Shown: positions 40,408 through 49,374, counted from the first letter of the stretch. The stretch: DNA of 64,000 nt from a virus (IMGVR_UViG_3300009314_000008:14446-78445), one strand, 5' to 3'. Notes: a model not told the origin generated them from the letters alone. Numbers and translations are program-made.

Positions 40408-41754
40408 TTACTTTTTACGCTTTTCATTAATATAGATTGCCAGATCAGATTTGAAGTCATGTTCTTTGTCCATCTTATCTTGATCTTCTACCACTTTTGC
40501 TCCAGCTAACATTCCAGTTTGAACCGCTTTGCTAATAGACTCTGAATTCAATGGAGGGGTATAATTTTTACCCGCAGATATCATCTGGTTAATATTTCCA
40601 GAATCCATTGTGCCGGTTATGTGGTGCTTTTTCAGTGTCTGCGCGAGGGCGTATGGGGCTGTAACCAATACTGGATTCAAATTAGTTACAGTCTCATAGA
40701 TGTCATGATACTCAGATGGAGGTATTTCCTGCAGTCCGGGGAATCGATTAGGAAGCGATTTCTCCAATTTCCTAGTTCGGATTTTCTTTGTCACATCATT
40801 GATGATATCAACGCCTTTGGTTGCAGCTATTTGGGCACCAACTATTGCGGCCAAGTATGCTAATGGCTTTTCCTGGAAAAATATTTTCGCGGCAGTGTTG
40901 ACTCCTGCATATTTTTCTAACCCTTCTTGCAATACGCTGGCTATAATAAATTCATGCTGGAGATACTTATCAATCATGGCTGCCCTTTTCTCGCCACCCT
41001 CTTTCTGCAACATATTCATCATATTTAGATGGGCGATCTCTCGCTTGATAATCTCATCGCTATATCTTAAAACTTCATGAGCAGACTTCGCCAGTTCATT
41101 ATCCGTTAATTCAACGGGGTCAGTATTGGTATAATCTGGAACATTGAAATCCACTTGATCAATATAGCCTTCGGTCTTTAAATCGTCTAATAATCCAGTA
41201 AAATACTTTTTCAGTTCCTCTTCATTATTCTTGCCCCAAGACTCATATAGCGTTCTGTAAATATCATTAGCAGATTCTCCTGCCTGCAACAGGGCAATAA
41301 TGGTGTTCTTTATATGGGCAAATATATTATCTCTTTTATTTACAAGAGACAATAAGTCGTCAGCATTCTCCTCGGCAGCATCAGCTATTTTCACAATATT
41401 ATGGATTGGATTTATTTTAGGGCTTGGCTCATTGGCTACACTACCCAGCAGTTCGGATGCCGTTTTCATCCTTTTACCCTCAATCACTTTTGCCTTTTTC
41501 TCTACTAATGGTCCAAGTTGAGTATAGTCTGCCTTTTCAAACTTAAATGTCAGTGTCCCATTTCTATCTTTTTCTCTGGCGAATTTAATATGGTTCATCC
41601 GGGCCCCTACATTTTCTGCCTGGACGGGATTTAACCCATAATCAATCGCTACTTTTCGGAGAGCATCAGTTAGGGAAATCTGATTATCCTCAGCAACATC
41701 TACCCCTGCTTTAGCCACTCGCTCAACAAAATGTATATTGTTTCCCGGGTTCAC
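40408..41754 (-). CDS. KxA-rich internal head protein with membrane helix
   Basis: KVA, KKA, KTA, KIA, KSA, KRA, KYA motifs; PLAYLAAIVGAQIAATKGV after LEKYA. Confidence 0.55.
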   Translation of the reverse strand: MNPGNNIHFVERVAKAGVDVAEDNQISLTDALRKVAIDYGLNPVQAENVGARMNHIKFAREKDRNGTLTFKFEKADYTQLGPLVEKKAKVIEGKRMKTASELLGSVANEPSPKINPIHNIVKIADAAEENADDLLSLVNKRDNIFAHIKNTIIALLQAGESANDIYRTLYESWGKNNEEELKKYFTGLLDDLKTEGYIDQVDFNVPDYTNTDPVELTDNELAKSAHEVLRYSDEIIKREIAHLNMMNMLQKEGGEKRAAMIDKYLQHEFIIASVLQEGLEKYAGVNTAAKIFFQEKPLAYLAAIVGAQIAATKGVDIINDVTKKIRTRKLEKSLPNRFPGLQEIPPSEYHDIYETVTNLNPVLVTAPYALAQTLKKHHITGTMDSGNINQMISAGKNYTPPLNSESISKAVQTGMLAGAKVVEDQDKMDKEHDFKSDLAIYINEKRKK

Positions 41755-41765
41755 GTCTCCCCCTC

Positions 41766-41924
41766 TTATTTTTTGTTTTCTTCGGCTTCAGTGGTTTCTT
41801 GTTCTTTTTTTGCTTCTTCTTTCAAGATGGGGATAATTTGATTAATCTCACCCTTAGCTATCTTTTCTATCGCATCATCATATCCTTTTTTTACAATTAC
41901 TTCCATGAAAATATCTTCTTTCAT
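41766..41924 (-). CDS. 52-aa acidic KxA protein (not in ORF track)
   Basis: GGAGG RBS; MKEDIFMEVIVKKGYDDAIEKIAKGEINQ... Confidence 0.6.
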   Translation of the reverse strand: MKEDIFMEVIVKKGYDDAIEKIAKGEINQIIPILKEEAKKEQETTEAEENKK

Positions 41925-41972
41925 TCTTTCCTCCATTATTTAATCTTTACTTTTAATTGACCATTGTTTTTT

Positions 41973-41978
41973 TGTCAA
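41973..41978 (-). promoter_or_regulatory. TTGACA box in an ATTGAC..GTCAAT inverted repeat upstream of portal operon
   Basis: Immediately after the terminase stop codon. Confidence 0.4.
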
Positions 41979-41979
41979 T

Positions 41980-43599
41980 TTATTTTTTTACTCTATATTC
42001 TAATTCGTCAAAATGGTATTTCTTCACTAATCTCAATATAACCAAATTCTGGAAAAAGTCATCTGTGCCTGACTTCCCATATCTGATTTTTCTTTTTCCA
42101 GTATCGTGATATCGATAGACGTTTGTCAAGTCTTTTGCATATTCTGAGGTCTCCCCAGGATATTTTGCAAATTTGTATTCACCTTTTCTCACAATATCGT
42201 CTATTAATCCAGTCATTACCGTTGATCTCGCCATTACCCATTTCTCGAATTCTGGATAATATGCCACCTTCTCAGCCAACTCTCCTACATATTCAAATTC
42301 CATCGTCCTCTTAAAACCAAGTATTTCTATTATCCGGATATTTTCTTTGTGCCCAGCACCATAATCCATTCCGAGAATCAATACATTAAAGTGGTTTACC
42401 CAATAGACAACATCGTTAATTATATCATCTGGAGATCCATCTTCTCCCTTTCCATAATATCTTCTGACGAAATTTATATTAATCTTGCGCGACCCAGGAT
42501 CGTATGATCCTATCGTGAGCATGGTATAGGACTTTATTTTCGACAATTTTTTCCGCGGGTCATCTTCTACAGCCCAATCCAATGCCGCAAAAGAATACTC
42601 CTTCATTTTTTTAGTAATTTCAGAAGGATCTTTTACGTATTCCCTATCGCTATCGCATAAATATACTACCCTCTGCAATGTTATAGGATGTATATTGTCT
42701 GAAAATGATAACCCTAGAACTTCATTATGGAAATCAACCTCATCTTTTTTATTATAATCGTATAAAATTGTATCCCAATCTGAAGCAAAGGGTGCTTCGG
42801 GGGGGATCATCAACTCGTTAATTGAAAATCCCTCGAAAGGTCTTCCGGGATGCGCCTCTACCCATTCTCCCCACCATGTGCTAATTCTCTTATGACATTT
42901 TTCGCAGATAATACCCTTAAGACCCATATTCTTTATGCCAAGCCCGACATTCCAATGGCCGCATGCCCTACATTTAATCGCCCATTCACATCCTGTTGAA
43001 TCATCGAATGTCGTTTGGATTCTATTCTCCGGTTGCATCGGCGTTCCCGTCTTAAGCATATATTTATATTTAGACCTTTTCAGCGCAAACTCAACAATAC
43101 TAGCGTGCTGTTCAGGAGTATCTTGCATCTCGTCCTCAATATAGCAATCACCGATAATTCCCCGAGCAGATAGTGGCGACACATAAATATTAGCTAAGAG
43201 TATTCTTGAGCCGGTCAAGTAGGATTTGTTTTTTACTTGTCTTTCGTTTAAACGAGGGTCGTAATAAATAACATCCGTGACCACAGAATCCCGGTTAATC
43301 CCCTTCAGAATGTCTGTTGAAAACCGACTCACCTGGGCATCGGTAGGTAAGGTTATAATAGTATTAAAATATTTATGTTCAATCGCGAATCCGGTAGCAA
43401 GAATTGCGGCATTTGTTGATTTGGCTACTTTACGCGAACATTTTAGAATCACCCGGCGTTGAACTTGAGGAGATTCAAGGGTAAATCGAGAAGTATTAAT
43501 TATAGGTATCCAAAAGGGTAAATATTTGAAAGAGAGGGCATCTCCATCAAGTTTAAACCATGCTTGGTATAAATCGCTCCGAGTTATTGCTTTATTCAT
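41980..43599 (-). CDS. terL: Terminase large subunit (lambda gpA-like)
   Basis: KCSRKVAKST Walker A, DEMQD Walker B, TGTP, CxxC..CxxC, NEVLG, RNase H acidic residues ALDWA/MDYG/DDFFQ. Confidence 0.85.
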   Translation of the reverse strand: MNKAITRSDLYQAWFKLDGDALSFKYLPFWIPIINTSRFTLESPQVQRRVILKCSRKVAKSTNAAILATGFAIEHKYFNTIITLPTDAQVSRFSTDILKGINRDSVVTDVIYYDPRLNERQVKNKSYLTGSRILLANIYVSPLSARGIIGDCYIEDEMQDTPEQHASIVEFALKRSKYKYMLKTGTPMQPENRIQTTFDDSTGCEWAIKCRACGHWNVGLGIKNMGLKGIICEKCHKRISTWWGEWVEAHPGRPFEGFSINELMIPPEAPFASDWDTILYDYNKKDEVDFHNEVLGLSFSDNIHPITLQRVVYLCDSDREYVKDPSEITKKMKEYSFAALDWAVEDDPRKKLSKIKSYTMLTIGSYDPGSRKININFVRRYYGKGEDGSPDDIINDVVYWVNHFNVLILGMDYGAGHKENIRIIEILGFKRTMEFEYVGELAEKVAYYPEFEKWVMARSTVMTGLIDDIVRKGEYKFAKYPGETSEYAKDLTNVYRYHDTGKRKIRYGKSGTDDFFQNLVILRLVKKYHFDELEYRVKK

Positions 43600-43613
43600 T
43601 AAATATTTCTTAC

Positions 43614-43865
43614 TTACGGTTGTTTAATCCATTTCCCCATTCTCTTATAATCTGCATAACCGCCAGCTCCTGCACCTAACAAACTTCCTCCCATAAATGC
43701 ACCTATTGTAGACAAAGGATTGTATTTTTTTTGTTTACCTTTTTTAATCCTTTTATTTTGGGATGAGCTATTTAGCATAGATGCTCCTATACCACCACCC
43801 AACATACCAATACCCGTCCTTAATCCCGGTACATAGGCTTCCTTAATTATCTCTGGACATTTCAT
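43614..43865 (-). CDS. Leader-bearing Gly-zipper protein
   Basis: MKCPEIIKEA; GMLGGGIGA; GGSLLGAGAGG. Confidence 0.7.
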   Translation of the reverse strand: MKCPEIIKEAYVPGLRTGIGMLGGGIGASMLNSSSQNKRIKKGKQKKYNPLSTIGAFMGGSLLGAGAGGYADYKRMGKWIKQP

Positions 43866-44155
43866 TTCATTCTCCTCTTTATTATAGATATCAAATCGCT
43901 TGCATCTCTTTTTAATTTCTTAACCATCTTTATCTGCCTAGCCTTTTCAAATTTCTTTGCCTGTCTCATGTAGTTAACCTGATAAGGGATTGCCTTGACT
44001 TGTAGTTTTATTGATCTGACAGGGTAGTATCTTCTATATTTAGAAAGGTCGTTAATAAAATTATGAGAGAATATTGCTTTAGTCATTGCTTTGGTAGACG
44101 CTCTCCCTAACAATGTTGAAGTTAAGGCTTCTTTAATTATCCCTGGACATCTCAC
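43862..44155 (-). CDS. Leader-bearing basic helical protein
   Basis: MRCPGIIKEA; ATGA/GTGA coupling on both sides. Confidence 0.7.
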   Translation of the reverse strand: MRCPGIIKEALTSTLLGRASTKAMTKAIFSHNFINDLSKYRRYYPVRSIKLQVKAIPYQVNYMRQAKKFEKARQIKMVKKLKRDASDLISIIKRRMK

Positions 44156-45999
44156 AACAAATCCTCCCCATAAATTTTTAACTTTTTATATAGTATTTTC
44201 TTTATCTTTGGCATATTTAATGGAATCTTATCTTTCATTTTATTTAATGTCTTCAATCCAAAAGCACTTGCTTCCGCTTCTGATAAATACTCGTTCATAG
44301 CAGTAGGCTTCTTCCAATATTTCTGGTTATATGTTTGTTTCTTAAGAATATCCAATAATCCTTTTTTGCTCTTCACAGCATGCCCCAGTTCGTGAGACAA
44401 CACTGCTGCCGGCTCATTTTTTCTTGGAAGCATAGAGACGATCTTCCTGACAGCAACATTTTTCACTTTAGGAATAGATATAGATAAATCATTTCCTCTA
44501 CCTTTGAGAAATTGCCCGCCACGCAGCAATCTAATATAATCTCTTACCCCAATATCTGAGTTGACTCCCCCATATTCTATATTGAGCATTCTCTTAAGAG
44601 TGGGATTGATCTTTTTAAGTGGGATGAAATGCCTCTCTATAGGAATCTTGTGCGCCTTTATTTCTCGAAGTAAAGGTCTTAATTTAAGTATAGACCTTAG
44701 GGAAGACTTTTTTTGTAAAATGCTGGGGCAATTCATTGTTTTTCCCACTTTAAAAAGTTTTTGTTTATTTAGAGGACTTCCGGTTCTACCCTTCATAGTC
44801 CATTCCTTGAATTGCTCTACGGTCATCGCCGTGATCGGTCCACATTTCCATCCCTTCTCATAATTAGCGAGATATGTTTTTCTAGCCTCATCTTCAGTGA
44901 GTGCCCCGAGGATACACTTGTGTTCATCGAATTTACCGTTCTTGTCTACTTGATCAATTACATACACTATCTGACTTTCTGGATGACTTCCTATGAACAC
45001 ATCAATTTTGTCCCCATCTTTCCCATCCTGTGCATTAGAGATGTATCCATAATCATATTTCATCTTTATTGACCACGATTTACCATCTGGGTCAGTTCCG
45101 GATCTCGTTGATCCCTTTGGGTTCTCCAATTTAATAGTCAGTCCATTCCACTTGAATGACCCTTTTTTGTAGTTCTCGGCTTTTATTTGGGCATCTGATG
45201 GGTTAATGTTGGTATCTTTTCGAGCCCTATTTATATCTCCGGTCATTGTTGCTATTTTAATATTATTGGGCATTCTGTCATTTAACGCCTCCCTCATTGC
45301 TCTGTATGAATCTTTTTTAATGTTACGTTTCATGTCCAAGTTTGTAGGGAATGCCTTATAGTTAGTAATATCAAAGTCTATTAAAGTGTTTCCTATTGTG
45401 TTTTGAGCGGTAGTATCTCTAAGATGAGGAAACCTTTTTTTAATATTCTTATAGTCCGACTTGTTTATTATATTTGCATTAATTATTTTATGAACTTTTT
45501 CTCTTGCCTTGTTTATAGAAATTATTCTTTTTTGCCATCTAATTTTTTCTGCTACTGTCCCCTCTCTTGGATACTCATTAGGGACCATATTTTTTTTTAT
45601 TATTGCCGCTTTATCAGAAATTTTTCTCCCCTTAATGTATTCATAATATCCAATCCCTTTATTTCTCTTTACCATTTTCGCTACAGGAATACCCTTTTTG
45701 TGCATTAACTTCCTCGCTTTATTCCATACCTTATGCTCCATTGCCTGAGCTTTATATATTCCTATAATATCGCTTGCAGATTTTCTGTCTATTAAAGGTA
45801 TTTTTCTAACAGCTTTTCCAATACCTTCTGTGAATACGAGGTCGGCGATCCTGAAAGCTCCTCTACCTAATGGCTTTATCGTCCTGTCTTTATACCCAGC
45901 TTCCGCCAGTCTTTTAAGCGACTCTCTTCCTAATTTCCCAGACCTCACCATCTTAACCCATCTTGGAGAAGCTCTCTTCAGTATTACAGGACAATTCAT
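44152..45999 (-). CDS. Polyvalent protein: protein kinase-like domain + InPase domain + HExxH zinc metallopeptidase, each preceded by a leader
   Basis: LGRGAF, AVRK, EH, YYEYIKG, DTTAQN, LIDFD; then NYKKG..ENPKGS.RSG...YGY..DGD.IDVF...FDEHK; then HELGH...EAEASAFG. Confidence 0.8.
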   Translation of the reverse strand: MNCPVILKRASPRWVKMVRSGKLGRESLKRLAEAGYKDRTIKPLGRGAFRIADLVFTEGIGKAVRKIPLIDRKSASDIIGIYKAQAMEHKVWNKARKLMHKKGIPVAKMVKRNKGIGYYEYIKGRKISDKAAIIKKNMVPNEYPREGTVAEKIRWQKRIISINKAREKVHKIINANIINKSDYKNIKKRFPHLRDTTAQNTIGNTLIDFDITNYKAFPTNLDMKRNIKKDSYRAMREALNDRMPNNIKIATMTGDINRARKDTNINPSDAQIKAENYKKGSFKWNGLTIKLENPKGSTRSGTDPDGKSWSIKMKYDYGYISNAQDGKDGDKIDVFIGSHPESQIVYVIDQVDKNGKFDEHKCILGALTEDEARKTYLANYEKGWKCGPITAMTVEQFKEWTMKGRTGSPLNKQKLFKVGKTMNCPSILQKKSSLRSILKLRPLLREIKAHKIPIERHFIPLKKINPTLKRMLNIEYGGVNSDIGVRDYIRLLRGGQFLKGRGNDLSISIPKVKNVAVRKIVSMLPRKNEPAAVLSHELGHAVKSKKGLLDILKKQTYNQKYWKKPTAMNEYLSEAEASAFGLKTLNKMKDKIPLNMPKIKKILYKKLKIYGEDLL

Positions 46000-46011
46000 T
46001 TAATACCTCTT

Positions 46012-46896
46012 TTAGTGGCGTTTTTTAAAATATTCAGATGCTTCGGGGTTACTTTTATAGAGTTGGAACCTGTATTTCCTTCTTAGGTATTTCATACGTA
46101 ACTCATCTAATTTTCTTGGAGACTTAAATACATACTTCCTTGTCTTCGGGCTCCTCATCATGCGAAATCTTCTCGTGAGCGGACCCCTAATAAGTGCATT
46201 AAATGCTTTTCCTGAAACATCCGCCGCATTCGTGACGAGTCGTCCCGACACCGCTGTTTTCGGTATATAAGGTGCTCTCTCATATGCAAGTTTACTGAAC
46301 CACCCTGAGTTTTTAATGGATGTCCATGCTCCCACCACTTCTTTCATAATATCCTCCGAACCACCTTTATCAGGGTGGCTTTTCATTGCTGCTGCTCTAA
46401 AAATCTTTTTTACCTGAGCCTTAGTCTTTACTGACGATTTATTAATGTTTAGCGTTTTAATTGCTTTATCTAAATTTCCGCTCTTTACCGCGAACCCACC
46501 TAAGTTTTTAAAGTATTCATAATATTTTTTATTTAAATCTTCCCACATTGCCCGGTTCATCCTTCCTCTTATGTTTTCTGCTGCTCCATTAAGCCCTCTT
46601 CTTATGTTTTCTGCTGCTTCATTAAGCCCTCTCATTCTTCTTTTATGCCGATACACCGATGGTCCTATTGCCATCCCCACAAGAGCTCCCCCAATAGCTG
46701 TCCCTATTGCGGCATCTTTAAGATCCTTACCGGATTTCGTCTTTATGTATTGCCCAAAAGATAATCTGTTTTTTCTCCCACCCCGCACATACTTATTGTA
46801 GTTTCGGTGTCCTTGCCATAAACTTGCCCCACCGAGCATTCCACCCAATGTGCCGCAGGTGGCAGTAGTTCCAGCTATTGTCTTAAATGCTCCCAT
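46012..46896 (-). CDS. Gly-zipper TM + J-domain protein with C-terminal leader-preceded module
   Basis: GTLGGMLGG, GTAIGGALVG; HPDKGG; WFSKLAY..APYIPKTA; paralogous to 35973..36854. Confidence 0.75.
   Translation of the reverse strand: MGAFKTIAGTTATCGTLGGMLGGASLWQGHRNYNKYVRGGRKNRLSFGQYIKTKSGKDLKDAAIGTAIGGALVGMAIGPSVYRHKRRMRGLNEAAENIRRGLNGAAENIRGRMNRAMWEDLNKKYYEYFKNLGGFAVKSGNLDKAIKTLNINKSSVKTKAQVKKIFRAAAMKSHPDKGGSEDIMKEVVGAWTSIKNSGWFSKLAYERAPYIPKTAVSGRLVTNAADVSGKAFNALIRGPLTRRFRMMRSPKTRKYVFKSPRKLDELRMKYLRRKYRFQLYKSNPEASEYFKKRH
46567..46632. repeat. 33-bp in-frame tandem duplication
   Basis: Two copies of TCTTATGTTTTCTGCTGCTYCATTAAGCCCTCT with one mismatch (RGLN[EG]AAENIR x2). Confidence 0.9.
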
Positions 46897-46984
46897 TATT
46901 TCTCCTTTTTCAATCTCTTTAAATCAACAGGCGGTAGATTGATACCACCGCCCACCTACTGAAGGGGAAGGGTTCCTCAGTATT

Positions 46985-47107
46985 CTATTTAACAAACACC
47001 CATTCGATTACAACAGTGCCTGAACAGTTTAGATCACCATCTGGATGCCAATGCCATAACCCTCTATCTTCAACATCGGCAATTTTCAATATTTTAGGAC
47101 ATTTCAT
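46985..47107 (-). CDS. 40-aa leader-bearing micro-ORF (not in ORF track)
   Basis: MKCPKILKIADVEDRGLWHWHPDGDLNCSGTVVIEWVFVK; its end matches the end of 48470..49105. Confidence 0.6.
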   Translation of the reverse strand: MKCPKILKIADVEDRGLWHWHPDGDLNCSGTVVIEWVFVK

Positions 47108-47146
47108 TTGTTCGCCTACTTTAAATAATTTTTGTTCATTAATATG

Positions 47147-48214
47147 TTATCTTATCTTCCTGATAATTCCTGAAATAAATTTTCTCGCCTTTATGGGCAC
47201 TTTTTTATAGTTTTCTGCCTTAATCTGTGCTTCTGACGGATTAGCATTAGTTGCTTTGCGAGCACTGGCAATATCTGATAACATCCCGGAGAATTTTATC
47301 ATAGCATTTTTTTTGATTTGATTCACTCCATTTTTATCTTTATTTTTTGCTTCTCTAATTCCAGCGGCAACCAAAGCCCCTCCTAATATAACGGAGGGTA
47401 TTATTTTATTTTTGTTTCTGCTGAAATATCCAGGAAACGTTTTCTTATAGTTTTCAGTCGTACGCATTCCATTAGCAAACGCTTTATAAGTATCACGATA
47501 ATGCTTGGATGGTCCTCTATCCATTGTATAAGTTTGGGGTCCTAGAATATCAAAGTCTACTAGCGTTCTATCAACAAGATTTCTATTCGTCATATCATAT
47601 ATTCTCGGATATTTTCTTTTTATTTTTCGCATGGTTTTAGCATCTATAGGTGATTTATTAAGAATCCTTAACATCCTTAATTTAGCATTCTTTACCCGAA
47701 TTCTCCTAACTCTATCACCCTGCTTTCCATATTCGTCTAGTTTATTAAATAATTTTTTTGCTTTATTAGCAACGCTCCTACCTTTAACATGCTCATAATA
47801 TCCTATTGGGCCATCTTGTTTTATCAATCGAGGAACCTTTATCTTCTTTTTTGACAAATATTTTTGCACTTTATTCCATACAAAATGTTCCTTTGCTTGG
47901 CTATTATATGGCTCATGAATATAATATTTCGACACCCCCTCTATATTAGGTATTTTTCTAACAGCTTTACCCACCCTACTAGTAAATACCAAGTCAGAGA
48001 CTCTTGTTCCTCCCACTCCAAGATGTTTTATTGTCCTATCTTTATATCCAGCATTTGCAAGAATTTTTAATGCCTTCTCACTTAATTTGCCTGACCTTAT
48101 CATCTTGATCCATTTGGGAGACGAATACTTCTCTATTGCAGATATCTTAATTATTGTTGGAAGCATACTTATTCTCCTAATTCCCGATGTTTTTATGATA
48201 CAAGGGCATTTCAT
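47147..48214 (-). CDS. Leader-bearing protein kinase-like protein + TM helix + truncated InPase stub
   Basis: MKCPCIIKTS; LGVGG, AVRK, EH, YYEHVKG, DMTNRN, LVDFD; ends NPSEAQIKAENYKK. Confidence 0.75.
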   Translation of the reverse strand: MKCPCIIKTSGIRRISMLPTIIKISAIEKYSSPKWIKMIRSGKLSEKALKILANAGYKDRTIKHLGVGGTRVSDLVFTSRVGKAVRKIPNIEGVSKYYIHEPYNSQAKEHFVWNKVQKYLSKKKIKVPRLIKQDGPIGYYEHVKGRSVANKAKKLFNKLDEYGKQGDRVRRIRVKNAKLRMLRILNKSPIDAKTMRKIKRKYPRIYDMTNRNLVDRTLVDFDILGPQTYTMDRGPSKHYRDTYKAFANGMRTTENYKKTFPGYFSRNKNKIIPSVILGGALVAAGIREAKNKDKNGVNQIKKNAMIKFSGMLSDIASARKATNANPSEAQIKAENYKKVPIKARKFISGIIRKIR

Positions 48215-48434
48215 CCTATTGATCCCCCTATTTATTATTCTACTTTTTAGGGACTTTATTTTTTATAGTCTTAATGAAATCTATACCCTTTGGCATAAAC
48301 CTATATTTCAAAGTTTTTTTGTCAGATCTCAAAATACTTTCGATTGTTCCCTTTAATCCATATGGAAGTTTTACAGGAGAAGATGACAACCTTCTATGTA
48401 TAGTCCTAAAAACCTTTCCCTTTATTTATTGAAT

Positions 48435-48459
48435 GGAGGGCAACACTATGTCACCCTCC
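48435..48459 (-). terminator. Stem-loop after 48470..49105
   Basis: GGAGGGTGACA-TAG-TGTTGCCCTCC; weak U-tract. Confidence 0.45.
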
Positions 48460-48469
48460 TGTTTCTTTG

Positions 48470-49105
48470 CTATTCTTTAAGTAATACCCATTCTATCACA
48501 ACTGTTCCAACATATTCCAATGCATCTTCACCACTAGCTGCCCATCCATCAGCGACATTCAAGTATACTGTTTTATCACCACCTGTCTCAATCTCCAGGG
48601 GGTCTGCTAATGCCAATGTTTTCGTAGTATAAGTGCTATCACAATCTGTAGCGGTCTGGCCGGTTAAAATATTTTCAAACGCGGCTGTTCCGCCCAACAC
48701 ATTTACAACACCCGATGCTACCGTAGTTCCAATACCTACATCTGGGGTGTCTGCAGTAATATTCCCATCACTTTCATTCAAAGCAATATTCATATATGCG
48801 CCCTTGACAACTATTGCCCCCGTGGGGAAAGTATACAGTAACTGTCCCAAAGCCAAATCGGCTCCGCCAGGTATATCGGCAAAGTGGGCAGATGATATTG
48901 CAATTTCAGTTACATGGAATTTTGCGTCGCCATATTCTACTACGGAGGCTACACTATCAGATTTTGTACCCACATTTTTAGTAGTGATCATGGTACTGTC
49001 CGTCTGCACCTTCCCGTAGAATCGATTAGTTGCAGACTTAAAGTCCTTCGCAAATAGCGATGTCACCAACAACATCGCAAGCAAAATAATTACTAATTTC
49101 TTCAT
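48470..49105 (-). CDS. Beta-rich protein with Sec signal peptide
   Basis: MKKLVIILLAMLLVTSLFA-K; jelly-roll-like body. Confidence 0.6.
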   Translation of the reverse strand: MKKLVIILLAMLLVTSLFAKDFKSATNRFYGKVQTDSTMITTKNVGTKSDSVASVVEYGDAKFHVTEIAISSAHFADIPGGADLALGQLLYTFPTGAIVVKGAYMNIALNESDGNITADTPDVGIGTTVASGVVNVLGGTAAFENILTGQTATDCDSTYTTKTLALADPLEIETGGDKTVYLNVADGWAASGEDALEYVGTVVIEWVLLKE

Positions 49106-49119
49106 GTTCTTTTCTCCTT

Positions 49120-49356
49120 TTATTTGTAGAATATTTTGCCGGTAGTTTCTTCAACAAAGGTTACGGTAAAAGCATTGACCGATGTATGCTGAACTTCCCC
49201 ATCAATGACATAACCGTCTCCGTCAATTAATGTTACGTCTGGATAATATCCCCAATTATGAGTGACATCTATACTTGTTTGATCAGTGAAGTCAACCAAG
49301 TTACCTACAGCCAATTCATTCCTGTGGACAGTATCTCTAATTCTCGAGTACTGCAT
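49120..49356 (-). CDS. Small virion beta-sandwich protein
   Basis: VTHNWGYYPDVTLID..G...VTF...TG motif typical of phage tail/virion domains. Confidence 0.55.
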   Translation of the reverse strand: MQYSRIRDTVHRNELAVGNLVDFTDQTSIDVTHNWGYYPDVTLIDGDGYVIDGEVQHTSVNAFTVTFVEETTGKIFYK

Positions 49357-49374
49357 GGTCTCTTTCTCCTTTTA

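Noticed and set aside
46567-46632. 33-bp repeat as CRISPR or regulatory array
   Set aside because: Two adjacent copies, no spacer, in frame within a CDS
46925-46982. Two GC-rich hairpins as a tRNA or ncRNA
   Set aside because: No cloverleaf or T-loop motif; more simply terminator-like stems
48255-48420. Open frame KVFRTIHRRLSSSPVKLPYG... on the minus strand
   Set aside because: No convincing start or RBS; at most an unassignable gene remnant
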